Source: Nitrospirales bacterium (lineage in GTDB: Bacteria > Nitrospirota > Nitrospiria > Nitrospirales > UBA8639). From it: DNA of 64,000 bases. How positions within the stretch are numbered: position 1 is the stretch's first letter; the number at the start of each line of letters is the position of its first letter. Below the pieces are notes generated by a model. That model saw only the letters and a list, made by a program, of their open reading frames with translations, did not search any database and was not told where the DNA came from. The position numbers and the translations under genes are program-made. The stretch spans positions 1,632,001 through 1,696,000 of the forward strand of contig CBDCWC010000002.1 of assembly GCA_965223295.1 (NCBI GenBank). The letters are read 5' to 3'. This document shows, piece by piece, positions 7,708 to 17,729 of the stretch.

Positions 7708-10179
7708 ATGGACGCAATTCACCAAAACGCTACGACGTCTTCACGAAAAACGGGTCTCACGAAAAAACTGGTGTTGTCCATGTTGCTCGTTGGCGCTCTG
7801 CCTTTGCTGATCGGACTGCTCTTGGCCTTTTACCAAGGCACTCAAAAAATTCGTGAAGTCAACGGCGCAAGTTTTGAGGCACTTGGCAGTGAAACTGCCA
7901 GAAAATTGGATCTAGTCGTCGGAGACGAACTCTCTCGTACCGCAAACCTCACCACCAATATACAGATTATTGAAGAACTCGAAGCTCGGCGCGATGCGTT
8001 AGCTGAACTGGATGTCGAACAACGTTCCGCGCTACTCGAACAGGAACGCCGCCGGTGGAAAGAACAGGACCCTGATTTTTTGGCGCGTCTCACGTCGGGA
8101 CCGATCGTTGACATCTTACAACAGCATATGGGCGGGTCGTATATTGATCCGGGACATCCCGTCCCCATCATTTCCCGATCGGCCACGCGCGCGCTGTACA
8201 TTACAGATCTTGCTGGACGAATTGTGGCCGGTCTCGATACACAGATGCCCTACGTCCAACGCGACGCTTCTTGGTGGACAGGTGCCTTTCACAACGGAGT
8301 GGGTCAGCCCTACCTCAGCCCAATCAGTTTCAACGAACAATTCAAGACATTTACCTTTACGCTTGCCCTACCCATTATGGATAGCTTGCGATACGAAGCA
8401 ATCGGCATCATACGCCGCGTGTATGAGGCCAAGGAATTTTTTGCTCCTTCTATCGACACTGTTCGTTTTGGAGAAACCGGGCATGTCATGCTCATTGACA
8501 GTCAGGGCTTCGTCCTCAGCTGTCCCATTCTCCCAACCGGAACGAAGATCAGCAATGAACACCTTATCGCATCTGTCACCCCCATCCAGGCTGGCTGGAT
8601 ACAAGCCGAGACTGACGGGCATGGTGGCAACCAAACCTCTATTATTGGGTTTGCTCCTTTGACCAATACCAGCCGCATCACCCACGATTCCACTGAGACA
8701 AGCTGGCATATGTTTGTGTGGCAGTCATCAGAGGAATTGTTTGGCCCAATCGAACAGTTCTTTACATGGACGGCAGCGTTCGGGTTGTTAGGCGTTGCAC
8801 TGCTCGTCACGCTAGGCTATCTGGCCGCTCATCGCATTGCGGCACCTATTCGTCAACTGCAAGAAGCGACACGACGCATTGGACGGGGAGAATTCCAAGA
8901 ACCCATCATCATTTCCACCGGTGATGAAATTCAAGAACTTGCAGAAGAAATCAACCGGATGAACAAACAGCTAGCTTCTCAATTTGCTGGCTTAGAAAGT
9001 CAAGTGGAGTTAAAAACTCAAGAAGTCAAATATATCCAGGAATCTACCTCTCAAATTTTAGACAGTGTGCCTGACCCCATCATCATGCTTACACCCCAAA
9101 CCACGATTGAATACCTAAATGAGGCATCGAAAGAAGCTCTTGCACCATCAGTGAATGGTACCGCAATTGGAACACCACTATTCCAAATATTAAACATTGA
9201 TTCGGGAACCCAGGCCAAACTCGAGGAAGAATTTCAGAACCTTCACGCCTCATCCCATGAGCCTGCCTCATCTTCACACCTTGCCGAAGAGCTGAGAGAT
9301 CCTCTCGCCCAAACCGGATGGGACACCCCGGAAGCGAAACGCCAGGAGATTCGTCTGCATCACCGAATATTCCGCTATCGATGGTTTACCGTGAAAGGGG
9401 CACCGGGAAGAGAAGCAGGCATTGGCCTTGTCCTTCGAGATACCACTGAAGAAAGCCTGCTACAAGACAAACTGATCCAAGGGGAAAAATTAGCAAGCCT
9501 CGGCGTCTTGAGCGCCGGCATCGGACATGAACTCAACAATCCCTTGGTGGGAGTCATTGGGTTAGGTGAGGCCATTCAGGATGAAGGCGATATCGACAAT
9601 ATGAAAGGATACGCCAAAGATATCGTGCAACATGGCAAACGCATGGCCTCCATTATCCGGGACTTGACCGGACAATTGGGCAATCAATTTGCCGAAGCAA
9701 AAAATCCCGTCAATATCAATGATCAGCTAACGCATGCTGTGAACGTTGTCCAGGCCCAATTCCCAGCAGCGGCTGTGACGGTCAACACCAACTTTGAACC
9801 ATTGCCATCTTTTCCGGCTAAGCCCCACGAACTGTCTCAAGCGTTTACGAATATCCTGACCAACGCCTTTCAAGCTATAGAAGGCACTGGAACCATCGAC
9901 ATCAGCACAATGGTTCATGAGGACGCAATCCGTATTCACATTACCGATACGGGATCCGGCATCAGCCCAGCACATCTCCCCAAAGTGTTCGATCCATTTT
10001 TCACAACCAAAGCTCAAGGGGAAGGGTCTGGTCTTGGCCTGACTGTCGCTTATCGAATTGTGACAAAATTAGGTGGGCAGATTCACTTGGAAACGCATAC
10101 TGGAGCAGGCATCACCTGTCATATCAGTTTCCCCATCATGGCCAAACAACCAGTACAACCAAAGGAACACGGATCATGA
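7708..10179 (+). CDS. Membrane sensor histidine kinase (periplasmic Cache-like, HAMP, PAS-like, HisKA, HATPase)
   Basis: Two TM helices flanking a large periplasmic region, HAMP (PIRQL..AT.RIGRG...TGDEIQELA), H-box [22 protein letters not shown]. Confidence 0.92.
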   Translation: MDAIHQNATTSSRKTGLTKKLVLSMLLVGALPLLIGLLLAFYQGTQKIREVNGASFEALGSETARKLDLVVGDELSRTANLTTNIQIIEELEARRDALAELDVEQRSALLEQERRRWKEQDPDFLARLTSGPIVDILQQHMGGSYIDPGHPVPIISRSATRALYITDLAGRIVAGLDTQMPYVQRDASWWTGAFHNGVGQPYLSPISFNEQFKTFTFTLALPIMDSLRYEAIGIIRRVYEAKEFFAPSIDTVRFGETGHVMLIDSQGFVLSCPILPTGTKISNEHLIASVTPIQAGWIQAETDGHGGNQTSIIGFAPLTNTSRITHDSTETSWHMFVWQSSEELFGPIEQFFTWTAAFGLLGVALLVTLGYLAAHRIAAPIRQLQEATRRIGRGEFQEPIIISTGDEIQELAEEINRMNKQLASQFAGLESQVELKTQEVKYIQESTSQILDSVPDPIIMLTPQTTIEYLNEASKEALAPSVNGTAIGTPLFQILNIDSGTQAKLEEEFQNLHASSHEPASSSHLAEELRDPLAQTGWDTPEAKRQEIRLHHRIFRYRWFTVKGAPGREAGIGLVLRDTTEESLLQDKLIQGEKLASLGVLSAGIGHELNNPLVGVIGLGEAIQDEGDIDNMKGYAKDIVQHGKRMASIIRDLTGQLGNQFAEAKNPVNINDQLTHAVNVVQAQFPAAAVTVNTNFEPLPSFPAKPHELSQAFTNILTNAFQAIEGTGTIDISTMVHEDAIRIHITDTGSGISPAHLPKVFDPFFTTKAQGEGSGLGLTVAYRIVTKLGGQIHLETHTGAGITCHISFPIMAKQPVQPKEHGS

Positions 10180-10772
10180 AACAACACAGCCTGAATCGTT
10201 GTCTGCTAACACTCATGTTCTTGACCTGTCTAGACATCGGCCTCACTCAAGGGATGCAGGGTTCCGATCACTCGCCCTCTCCAGGACTGTCTCCCGAGAA
10301 AGTAGCGGATTACGTGCATTCCATTGTCGAAGCCGATCGAAAGATCTACAGCACCTATGTGGTCAAACGCATGCAAGAAAAAGGAATCGTTTTGGCTCGA
10401 GAGGATTGGGAAAGTAAGAACGGCATACCGCTACCGGCCCAATTTCTTCATTATTCCAGCAAACTTGTGGCTGAATCTGGACATGGCATCAGATTCCGCC
10501 TCATCAGTCTCTGGCCCATTCAACAACGCAACGGCCCTGCCACGGAATTTGAGCGAAAGGGTCTTGAACAGCTACAAGATTCACCGAACGTTCCACAACG
10601 AAACATCGTCACCAGTGGAAAAAAGAAATTCTTTCAAGCTATTTATGCCGATACAGCCATCTCCACAGCTTGCATATCCTGCCACAACACCCATCCTCTC
10701 AGTCCCAAACGAGACTTTCAAATTGGAGACCTCATGGGAGGGGTGGTCATTACAATTCCATTAGAACCATGA
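10176..10772 (+). CDS. DUF3365/Tll0287-like secreted c-type heme protein
   Basis: Signal peptide, FRLISLWPI...N.P...FE, single CXXCH (CISCH), GDLMGGVVITIP; ATGA overlap with the kinase stop. Confidence 0.85.
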   Translation: MKQHSLNRCLLTLMFLTCLDIGLTQGMQGSDHSPSPGLSPEKVADYVHSIVEADRKIYSTYVVKRMQEKGIVLAREDWESKNGIPLPAQFLHYSSKLVAESGHGIRFRLISLWPIQQRNGPATEFERKGLEQLQDSPNVPQRNIVTSGKKKFFQAIYADTAISTACISCHNTHPLSPKRDFQIGDLMGGVVITIPLEP

Positions 10773-10805
10773 AACGTATGGCTCTGAAAGTCTCATTCCT
10801 TCGTC

Positions 10806-11174
10806 TTACCCCATACTATAGAAAAACTCTTCCCGGACAATTTTGTCGTTCTCTACGGCATATAAGCCCATTTCTTCCATCGCCATTCGCTTTCCCGTAT
10901 GCTTGGGTGTGACATCGAACTTAAAATAGACAATAAAACGATTCTCATGAGGGAAGGGACCCTGAACATCTCCACCATGCACTTCATGATTATCGACCCA
11001 CCATTGGTTTTTCCCTTTGATGGCTTCTATTCCTTTCTGTGTTTGATCCATCCCTGGCATCGCAGAAGCTTCAACACTCACAACATCCGCAGAATAAAAT
11101 TTTTCGATGGCTTCAAGATTTTTCCCTTGCTTGCATAGGGCCACAAGTTCTGTTCCGAGTTCTTTGGTATCCAT
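10806..11174 (-). CDS. SnoaL-like/NTF2-family protein
   Basis: FYS.DVVSVE...KGIEAI.GK..WW...MEE.GLY.V...KIVREEFFY; AAGGAG RBS. Confidence 0.85.
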   Translation of the reverse strand: MDTKELGTELVALCKQGKNLEAIEKFYSADVVSVEASAMPGMDQTQKGIEAIKGKNQWWVDNHEVHGGDVQGPFPHENRFIVYFKFDVTPKHTGKRMAMEEMGLYAVENDKIVREEFFYSMG

Positions 11175-11370
11175 GATTGCTCCTTTCGAAAAAATGGATG
11201 AAGGAATGAGAATATCTTCTTTCTTTATATATTCTTTCTCTTCGACCTTTTCAAAGAAAGAGTACCGATTCTATACTTGGAAGCCAAGCCCTTCCCCACG
11301 TCATAATTTTAATGGTCAGTCATCGTAGTTTTCTTTGCACCTCTAGGGCTCAGTATGGAATAGTCCAAAT

Positions 11371-12879
11371 ATGTCCCACGTCATCTGCCTGCTCCTTCTT
11401 GCAATTTTTGGGAATCTTTCACCTGCAATCGGGAAGGAAGCATCTTTCGCCGATAAGAAAAAAACTCTCGATTCCATTGCACGTATTCTGCATCATATTC
11501 AAGACTTAAGCCACCCGTCTCATCAAGGGCGCCAAGCTGGAACAAGAGGAGGAGAACAATCAGCTCGTTACGTCGCAAAGAAGTTTCAAGACTTGAACCT
11601 GGTCCCCACAACTCATGGTAGACACCCCCACTCTGACAACAATATCTTTCAATATGATCCACGTTTGACCGCAATACAAATTCTTGAACCCACTACCGTT
11701 CAACTGTTTCCCCTTCCAAGTCAGGCATCCTCAACATCTTCGTCTCTACAGATTGGTCGGGATTACCTGCCGATCCTCGACTCTCCTTCAGTCAACCTCA
11801 CCGCTCCTTTGATCTTTGTTGGTTACGGAATCGATGACCCTGCTAGAGGCCTCGATGAGTACAACAATGTTGATGTTAACAATCGAGTCGTCCTCTTTCT
11901 TCGAGGAAAACCTCCAAGATACCCTCAATGGGTCACACTGGAAGAAAAAGTACAGACGGCTCAGGAGAGAGGTGCCGCAGCGTATTTAACTGTGACCGGT
12001 CCTGTGCTGAACCCCTACCAAGCTCGAAAAGGGCTGAAACAAAAACCTCTGGCGATTTATCCATCGACACCTGAAACTCGTCCCATACCAGGTGCGTGGA
12101 TCCGCGGGAAGACATTCGATGATGTCTTGGACTCCATTCATGAATCCTTAGAGTCGTGGCAACAACAAGCGAATAAAGTGCCCGGACAAGTGAGTCGCCC
12201 CGTACCTCTTGTGGCACACCTCTCCTGGGACATCCTCCAAAAACCCGGTGCACTCATCAATGTCTTAGGTCTCATGTTGGGAAACGATCCTGACTTACGT
12301 AATGAACTCATCCTCATAGGCGCCCATCGCGATCACTTTGGAGAACAAGCTGGGCTGAAATTTCTAGGAGCGGATGATAATGCCTCTGGAACCGCAGTAA
12401 TGTTAGAGCTTGCCAGGCAGTTGACAGAACGTAGAATCAAACCCAAACGAAGTCTTCTTTTTGTCTCTTTTGATGGGGAAGAACGAGGATTGCTCGGATC
12501 CAAGCATTATGTCCAAAACCCACTCTGGCCGTTAGAAAAAACTGTGGCCATGATCAATCTCGATCACGTGGGAGTGGGAAACGGAAAACTCACGGTTGGA
12601 ATAACACAGCTAGACAAATCTCTAGCCAAACAAGCCGAGAAACGGGCAGGGCTAGCAGAAAAAACCAATATCTACGGATATTTTCCTGGCGGAGACCATG
12701 TGCCATTTTACAAAGCGGGTGTCCCAACCATCACAATCGTCAGTGCGGGTGTGCATCCGCACTTCCATCAATCCTCCGACACCGCCAAAACCATCAATCC
12801 AGAAATTTTAAAAACAGCCACATTATTCACTATGCATCTTATCGAAATCCTCGCAAATCCCTCGTCACCAGTTCAATAA
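11371..12879 (+). CDS. Secreted M28-family peptidase with PA domain
   Basis: Signal peptide, GR.AGT.G, FVGYGI, IGAHRDH, GADDNASG, FDGEERGLLGS, INLD, GDH.PF, HFH..SD. Confidence 0.9.
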   Translation: MSHVICLLLLAIFGNLSPAIGKEASFADKKKTLDSIARILHHIQDLSHPSHQGRQAGTRGGEQSARYVAKKFQDLNLVPTTHGRHPHSDNNIFQYDPRLTAIQILEPTTVQLFPLPSQASSTSSSLQIGRDYLPILDSPSVNLTAPLIFVGYGIDDPARGLDEYNNVDVNNRVVLFLRGKPPRYPQWVTLEEKVQTAQERGAAAYLTVTGPVLNPYQARKGLKQKPLAIYPSTPETRPIPGAWIRGKTFDDVLDSIHESLESWQQQANKVPGQVSRPVPLVAHLSWDILQKPGALINVLGLMLGNDPDLRNELILIGAHRDHFGEQAGLKFLGADDNASGTAVMLELARQLTERRIKPKRSLLFVSFDGEERGLLGSKHYVQNPLWPLEKTVAMINLDHVGVGNGKLTVGITQLDKSLAKQAEKRAGLAEKTNIYGYFPGGDHVPFYKAGVPTITIVSAGVHPHFHQSSDTAKTINPEILKTATLFTMHLIEILANPSSPVQ

Positions 12880-13241
12880 AAGGACTCATCGAGTCATAAA
12901 ATTTTCGCTTTCCCTCCTCTTCCCCATCATTTTCAATTTTGGGGCAGACCTTAGATCCTTTTTCGGAAACAACTGTTGCATCCTTCGGGACGCGCCATAC
13001 AACAAGCTCGCTTTCCAAGAAGAACCCTGAAAGAAAACTTGGGGTTCTGACTGACATCCCCCAGATTCCAGTTTGATAAATAACACAAAGATCAAGTAAT
13101 GAAATCTAACAGATAATCTGACCTATCTTTTCCTTGAAATACCCTAGATGTAACCGACAAGGGATTGAAAGAAAAAAGTCTTGAGTAAGAATCAAGGTTC
13201 GTTTCTTCTATTAAATTGAACTATTCAATATCATTAATCTT

Positions 13242-14284
13242 ATGACCAACACCCCTCCGCAACCCATTACCCTCGACGCCAACACATTAAATGAGGATTT
13301 CGTTCAAGAAACGATGAGCTGGCTATCATCGAAAACCACCGAAGACTTGAAGCGCATCTTAACCGAAGAAACCAACCAGCCAGAAACCTATGCCCCTGAA
13401 ATCATTGAAGCCGCTCAACGCATCTTGGCCACTCGCCATGAATTGAACTACACTTCCACCTTAGGGAAATACTTCCCCCATTTTTTTGGACAAGAGGTAG
13501 AAGCCAAACTACCAGGAGGAGGAATACACAACTTCACATCACATAACGAGTTACGAAACGCTATTCTTGAGGGCAGAATCCCAAAAGATACATTCGTTCG
13601 CCCAATAGGACAAAAACCGGAAAAGTCATTCACAAAAGAGGCCCATTCGGAATCGGAATGGACACCTCTTCAAATATATAACAATTTTTCCGCTCTTTAT
13701 ACCCCAATTTTGTTTTCCATTAAATGGGGAGTATTTTGGGTATATATCTTGCGTTCGGAATAGTAAGCGGACAGCTCAACCTCTTTCCTTTCCTTCATAC
13801 TTTTAATAACTATTCATTTGTCCTGATAGATGAATTTCTTTTTTCTCTCTTCCTTCTCTTTGGCTTAATGGCCTGGTTGTTTTGGGATCCAAGTCAAAAA
13901 AAAGAATGGATTTCTTCTATTAAATTCCCTGTCAGCGCATTGATCCTCATTAGCGTTTTTAACCTTGGAGAATTTTATTTCGGGATCAACACCTGGGAAG
14001 GATGGGAATTCAGAAATTTTATGTGGGAAGTCTTTTGGATAATTGCATTGTTAATCCATAGCGCGATCTTTGGTGGGCCTCTTGGAGCTATACTTGGAAC
14101 GGGTGTTGGCTACGTGCGATCTAAAAATTTTCCTAAGGCTCCCAATGCCGAAGCAGAAGGCATTAGGCCCTATCGAATTGGCTTATTGTATCCTGTTATC
14201 TTCATGCTCATAGCGTGGCCAATTACTTACTTCTGGCTTTATCCCTGGCTTCTGACTTCCTTCCCAAATCCCATCGGGCAATAA
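13242..14284 (+). pseudogene. Membrane protein with GYF_2-like segment, split by a probable one-base frameshift (ORFs 13242-13763 and 13724-14284)
   Basis: Adding one G to the G4 run at 13726-13729 joins ...SIKWG to SILGIYLAFG..., giving a 347-aa protein (soluble N-term plus several TM helices). The segment is AT-rich. Confidence 0.55.
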
Positions 14285-14489
14285 CTTTTCTACAATTGGC
14301 TTAGGATGGATTCCCACTACAAACTGCGTGAATAACGACGATGAATGAGTAGGGATTCTCACCTTTCATACCCAGCCTTGCACACTTTTCCCTATACATT
14401 TCCCCAACATTTATTAGGAAAATACATTTTTAATGATAACGCATTAGATATGATGCTGTCCCTTTTACCTTGAATGACTCGCCTGCAGA

Positions 14490-14670
14490 TTGGCTCCCCG
14501 GACTGACGCTCAATTTAAGAGGCGAACCTTGTTTGAGCCCTGCGAGTTGGGTCGCCCCACGAAGCTTGCGTCAACAGGAATATCTGTGGCCAAACTGGGC
14601 GAGAATGGTTTTGGGCCCTTTTGCCGAAACAAAAGGGCCTCGGCTGCCGGGCCGAAACCCGGCAACACTC
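14490..14670. repeat. Structured REP-like intergenic element
   Basis: Nested stems TGACGC/GCGTCA and GGCGA/TCGCC around TGTTTGAGC...GCGAGTT; hairpins GGCCCTTTTG-ccgaaa-CAAAAGGGCC (14614-14639) and GCCGGG-ccgaaa-CCCGGC (14646-14663). Lies between convergent genes. Confidence 0.6.
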
Positions 14671-14728
14671 AAAAATGCCAATAAAGTCAGATTAAGAGAA
14701 TACGAAGTGGAAATTGGGGAGAATATAT

Positions 14729-15358
14729 TTAATGTTTTACTTTCTCCACCTTCTTTTCTTTAATCACTTCAATTTCTAATTTGAGATTAACTTCGTCACC
14801 CACCATCAATCCACCGTTGTCTAATAATTTGCTGAATTTCATTCCAAAGTCTTTTCGATTGAGTTTCCCCTCTGCCGTAAATCCAGCCCGGGTATTGCCC
14901 CAAGGATCTTCCGCTACGCCATTAAAGGTTCCTACCAGCGTAATTTCCTTGGTGACGCCTAATAGAGTAAAGTCACCAATCGCCGTATATTGATCACCAG
15001 ACTTGGTATAACTTTTCATTTTGTAGGTCATGGTTGGAAAGGTCTTAACATCGAAAAAATCGGCGCTCTGCAAATGATCATCACGCTTTTGATGATCGGT
15101 GGTAACTGACGCCGTTTGGATCACCGCTTCAATTGTCTTAAATTCCTGCTTTTCCGCATCCATCTCGACTTTCCCTGTGTACTCTGTAAATTTTCCCTTG
15201 GTCTTTGATACCACCATGTGAACGACGTCAAACCCTAGGGTCGTGTGGTCTTTATCCAACTTCCATGTAGCCATTTCCGCTGCAGCCGTTGCCACAACAC
15301 CTCCAAACAGACAAACGGCCAACCCCACAGACAAGGTCATACTCCTCATGATTTGCAT
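14729..15358 (-). CDS. YceI-family periplasmic lipid/polyisoprenoid-binding protein
   Basis: Signal peptide, W.LD..HT...F.V.H, RDDHL.S.DFF, DPWG..RAGF, NRKDFG; AAGGAGG RBS. Confidence 0.92.
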   Translation of the reverse strand: MQIMRSMTLSVGLAVCLFGGVVATAAAEMATWKLDKDHTTLGFDVVHMVVSKTKGKFTEYTGKVEMDAEKQEFKTIEAVIQTASVTTDHQKRDDHLQSADFFDVKTFPTMTYKMKSYTKSGDQYTAIGDFTLLGVTKEITLVGTFNGVAEDPWGNTRAGFTAEGKLNRKDFGMKFSKLLDNGGLMVGDEVNLKLEIEVIKEKKVEKVKH

Positions 15359-15446
15359 TGCAAGTCCTCCTTTGAATTTTTAAGAACACCAGCCGACTCG
15401 TGATTATTTCCTATTTACCATCTTCCCGCGTTGAACTGGACTCGTT

Positions 15447-16070
15447 CTACTCCATTTGAAGAAATTGATCTATCGCGAGGGTCAGATCTTCAGCAGCTTG
15501 ATAGCCATGCATAACTGTGGAGACAGCATCATCCCGACGACCAAGTAAGGTGGGGAAACCATTTACTCCTAATTGCCGGACTTGATCAAATTCTTCCCAG
15601 ACCAGGCGTTTCGTCTGTGGGTCTTGAAAGACTTGACGAAACTGATCACCTTCCAGGCCTAGCTTCAATGCCACATCTTCTAACACCTCTAATTTTGTTA
15701 CATCCACATTCCTCACGTAAAAAGCTTCTTGAATATGTTTCAAGAAAGCCCATTCTTTTGAATAGGCAAGTTGTCGCATGACAAAAACAGCCCGGGATGC
15801 TGGCTCGGTATCATAGGTAAACGTTTGTCCCATCTGAAATTCAAAGTTAAAGGGCTGGCTGGTCCGTTCATGCACAGCATGCCAATGTTGCAAGATATAA
15901 GCACGCCTGGATTCATCAAAACGTTCCGTATTGCCTGGTCGCAAGCCCCCTAGCATCAAATAAAAGGGCACCTGATCTTCATAGCGACGTCGAATCTGTT
16001 CCAGAACTGGCGAAAACCCCCAGCACCAAGAACACATTGGATCCGCAATGTAGATGAGCGCCATCGACAT
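15447..16070 (-). CDS. DsbA-family (FrnE-like) thiol-disulfide protein
   Basis: YIADPMCSWCWGF (CXXC) and LGVNGFPTL. Confidence 0.88.
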   Translation of the reverse strand: MSMALIYIADPMCSWCWGFSPVLEQIRRRYEDQVPFYLMLGGLRPGNTERFDESRRAYILQHWHAVHERTSQPFNFEFQMGQTFTYDTEPASRAVFVMRQLAYSKEWAFLKHIQEAFYVRNVDVTKLEVLEDVALKLGLEGDQFRQVFQDPQTKRLVWEEFDQVRQLGVNGFPTLLGRRDDAVSTVMHGYQAAEDLTLAIDQFLQME

Positions 16071-16146
16071 AATTGAGCACACGTCCTTAGTTCTGACATA
16101 TCATCCCAATTTTTTTTAAAAAGAACAATGAAACAACCTTTTGCGC

Positions 16147-16746
16147 TTACCACACTCGAAAGACTTGCCCATTCAAACGACCTTCAACGCTTTTGCTATA
16201 AGCTTTGGCAACCTTCCACCCAGGAACCGGAACATGTCCACGAAAGAATGTCCCGATTCTTTCCATTGATTCTTCCAACACACCTGGACTCACAGCATTT
16301 ATGCGTAATCCTCTGGGCATCTCAATGGACGCACCTAGAACAAATCCTTCAACTGCTGAATTAATAGGGGTGACGGCCGCGCCACCTGGAATGGGATCCT
16401 GACTCAAAATTCCACTCGTCAATGTAAACGACCCACCATCATGCAGCCACTCGATCCCAAGCTGAACGAGATTAACCTGTCCCATGAACTTACTATTCAA
16501 GCCAATATCAAACTCTTTCCTTGTCAACGAAGCTAATGGACCAAAATGCGCATGGCCAGCAGTAGCAACCACAGCATCCACTTTCCCTATTGTCTGATAC
16601 ATCTTTTGAATAGAATCTTGTACTGCCATATCTACCTGCACGTCGCCTCGATTACCGCCAACCTTCACGATTTCATGCCGCCCTTCTAACTCATTCGTTA
16701 CGGCACTCCCAATTGTCCCTGTTGCTCCTACAACAATAATTTTCAT
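16147..16746 (-). CDS. Short-chain dehydrogenase/reductase
   Basis: VVGATGTIG Rossmann motif, GSFTLTSG, RINAVSPG. Confidence 0.9.
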   Translation of the reverse strand: MKIIVVGATGTIGSAVTNELEGRHEIVKVGGNRGDVQVDMAVQDSIQKMYQTIGKVDAVVATAGHAHFGPLASLTRKEFDIGLNSKFMGQVNLVQLGIEWLHDGGSFTLTSGILSQDPIPGGAAVTPINSAVEGFVLGASIEMPRGLRINAVSPGVLEESMERIGTFFRGHVPVPGWKVAKAYSKSVEGRLNGQVFRVW

Positions 16747-16911
16747 GTTGACGTCTCCAGAAATTTAATGACTGACCCGATTTATTTGGTGCATTGCCAA
16801 TCAAGCGCATTCTTCCCCTTCATGCCAACCTTCGTCCCTCTTCGCAACGAAGTCCTCAATTGCAAGGAGCTCTGAAATTTCGTTTGACGGGTCAATACGA
16901 TACTCATCGTT

Positions 16912-17370
16912 TCACGAAGAAGTTTGTCGCCGGCAACTATCACGGAGCCGAATCAAGAGGTCTTGCATGACCCGTACCTCTTGTTTGGTGATAGCCCGTT
17001 CAAAGTAGGGACGCATGACATCTGCATGTGCAGGAAACACATTTCGGTAGAGACTCTCTCCCTTTCGTGTCAAACAAACATGCGTCGCACGTCGATCATG
17101 AGGCACTGCTTGCCGCTCAAGCAATCCTTTCGCCTCTAATCGATCAATGATGCCCGTCAAACTGGCTTTGGCCAGCAAGGTCGATTGTGATAATTCCATA
17201 CATGTCATCCCATTGGTGCCACCGAGTTCAGCCAGGACGTCAAATTGAGGTGGTGTCAATCCTAGCGTACGGATATGCCGGTCACCTACCTGAAAAATCG
17301 CTTGATAAGCCTCCACAAGTGGTCGAAGAAGCTTTAAATAGGGATCGTCTTTCAAATCAAACACGTCCAT
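16912..17370 (-). CDS. MarR-family transcriptional regulator (paralog A)
   Basis: LGLTPPQFDVL..L, LTGIIDRLE.KGL..R....DRR...V.LT.KG. Confidence 0.92.
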   Translation of the reverse strand: MDVFDLKDDPYLKLLRPLVEAYQAIFQVGDRHIRTLGLTPPQFDVLAELGGTNGMTCMELSQSTLLAKASLTGIIDRLEAKGLLERQAVPHDRRATHVCLTRKGESLYRNVFPAHADVMRPYFERAITKQEVRVMQDLLIRLRDSCRRQTSS

Positions 17371-17382
17371 AATGTTTTTACA

Positions 17383-17411
17383 TATATAGTTTAAATATGA
17401 ACTATTTTCAA
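17383..17411 (-). promoter_or_regulatory. Sigma70-type promoter with overlapping palindromic operator for marR A
   Basis: Minus strand TTGAAA-N17-TATATA; imperfect palindrome ATAGTTTAAATATGAACTAT at 17386-17405. Confidence 0.5.
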
Positions 17412-17729
17412 CAAATCTGACCCAGTCCATATCTGTCCGCCTTCTTCATCACTCAGATGATCTTCTTAAGATTCCACTATCCAAGGCCGTGGCGCCCATG
17501 CCCTAACAGACAATCCCAAGGCCACGGTACCTCGGCTTCGGAAAATCTGGGAGAGAACAAACGCTGGAGAGAGCACCAGAGAAATTTGTCTTGTTGAAAG
17601 AAGAACTCAATCAGGTCGATGGAGTGGCTCGATCCGAAGTCTTTTCTGCCGCTCAATAAAGTCAGCAATCTCTGGCACTTTATCTTTTTTCGGAAACACT
17701 GGGTTTACTTTCAGCAAATGTAGGTAGCA

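Noticed and set aside
8012-8662. 216-aa alternative-frame ORF inside the kinase, and other antisense or overlapping ORFs in the track
   Set aside because: They are fully nested in well-supported genes, have no recognisable motifs and are expected by chance.
14470-14763. 97-aa and 64-aa ORFs over the structured element
   Set aside because: They start at TTG, have no RBS or motifs, and overlap a hairpin-rich repeat-like sequence.
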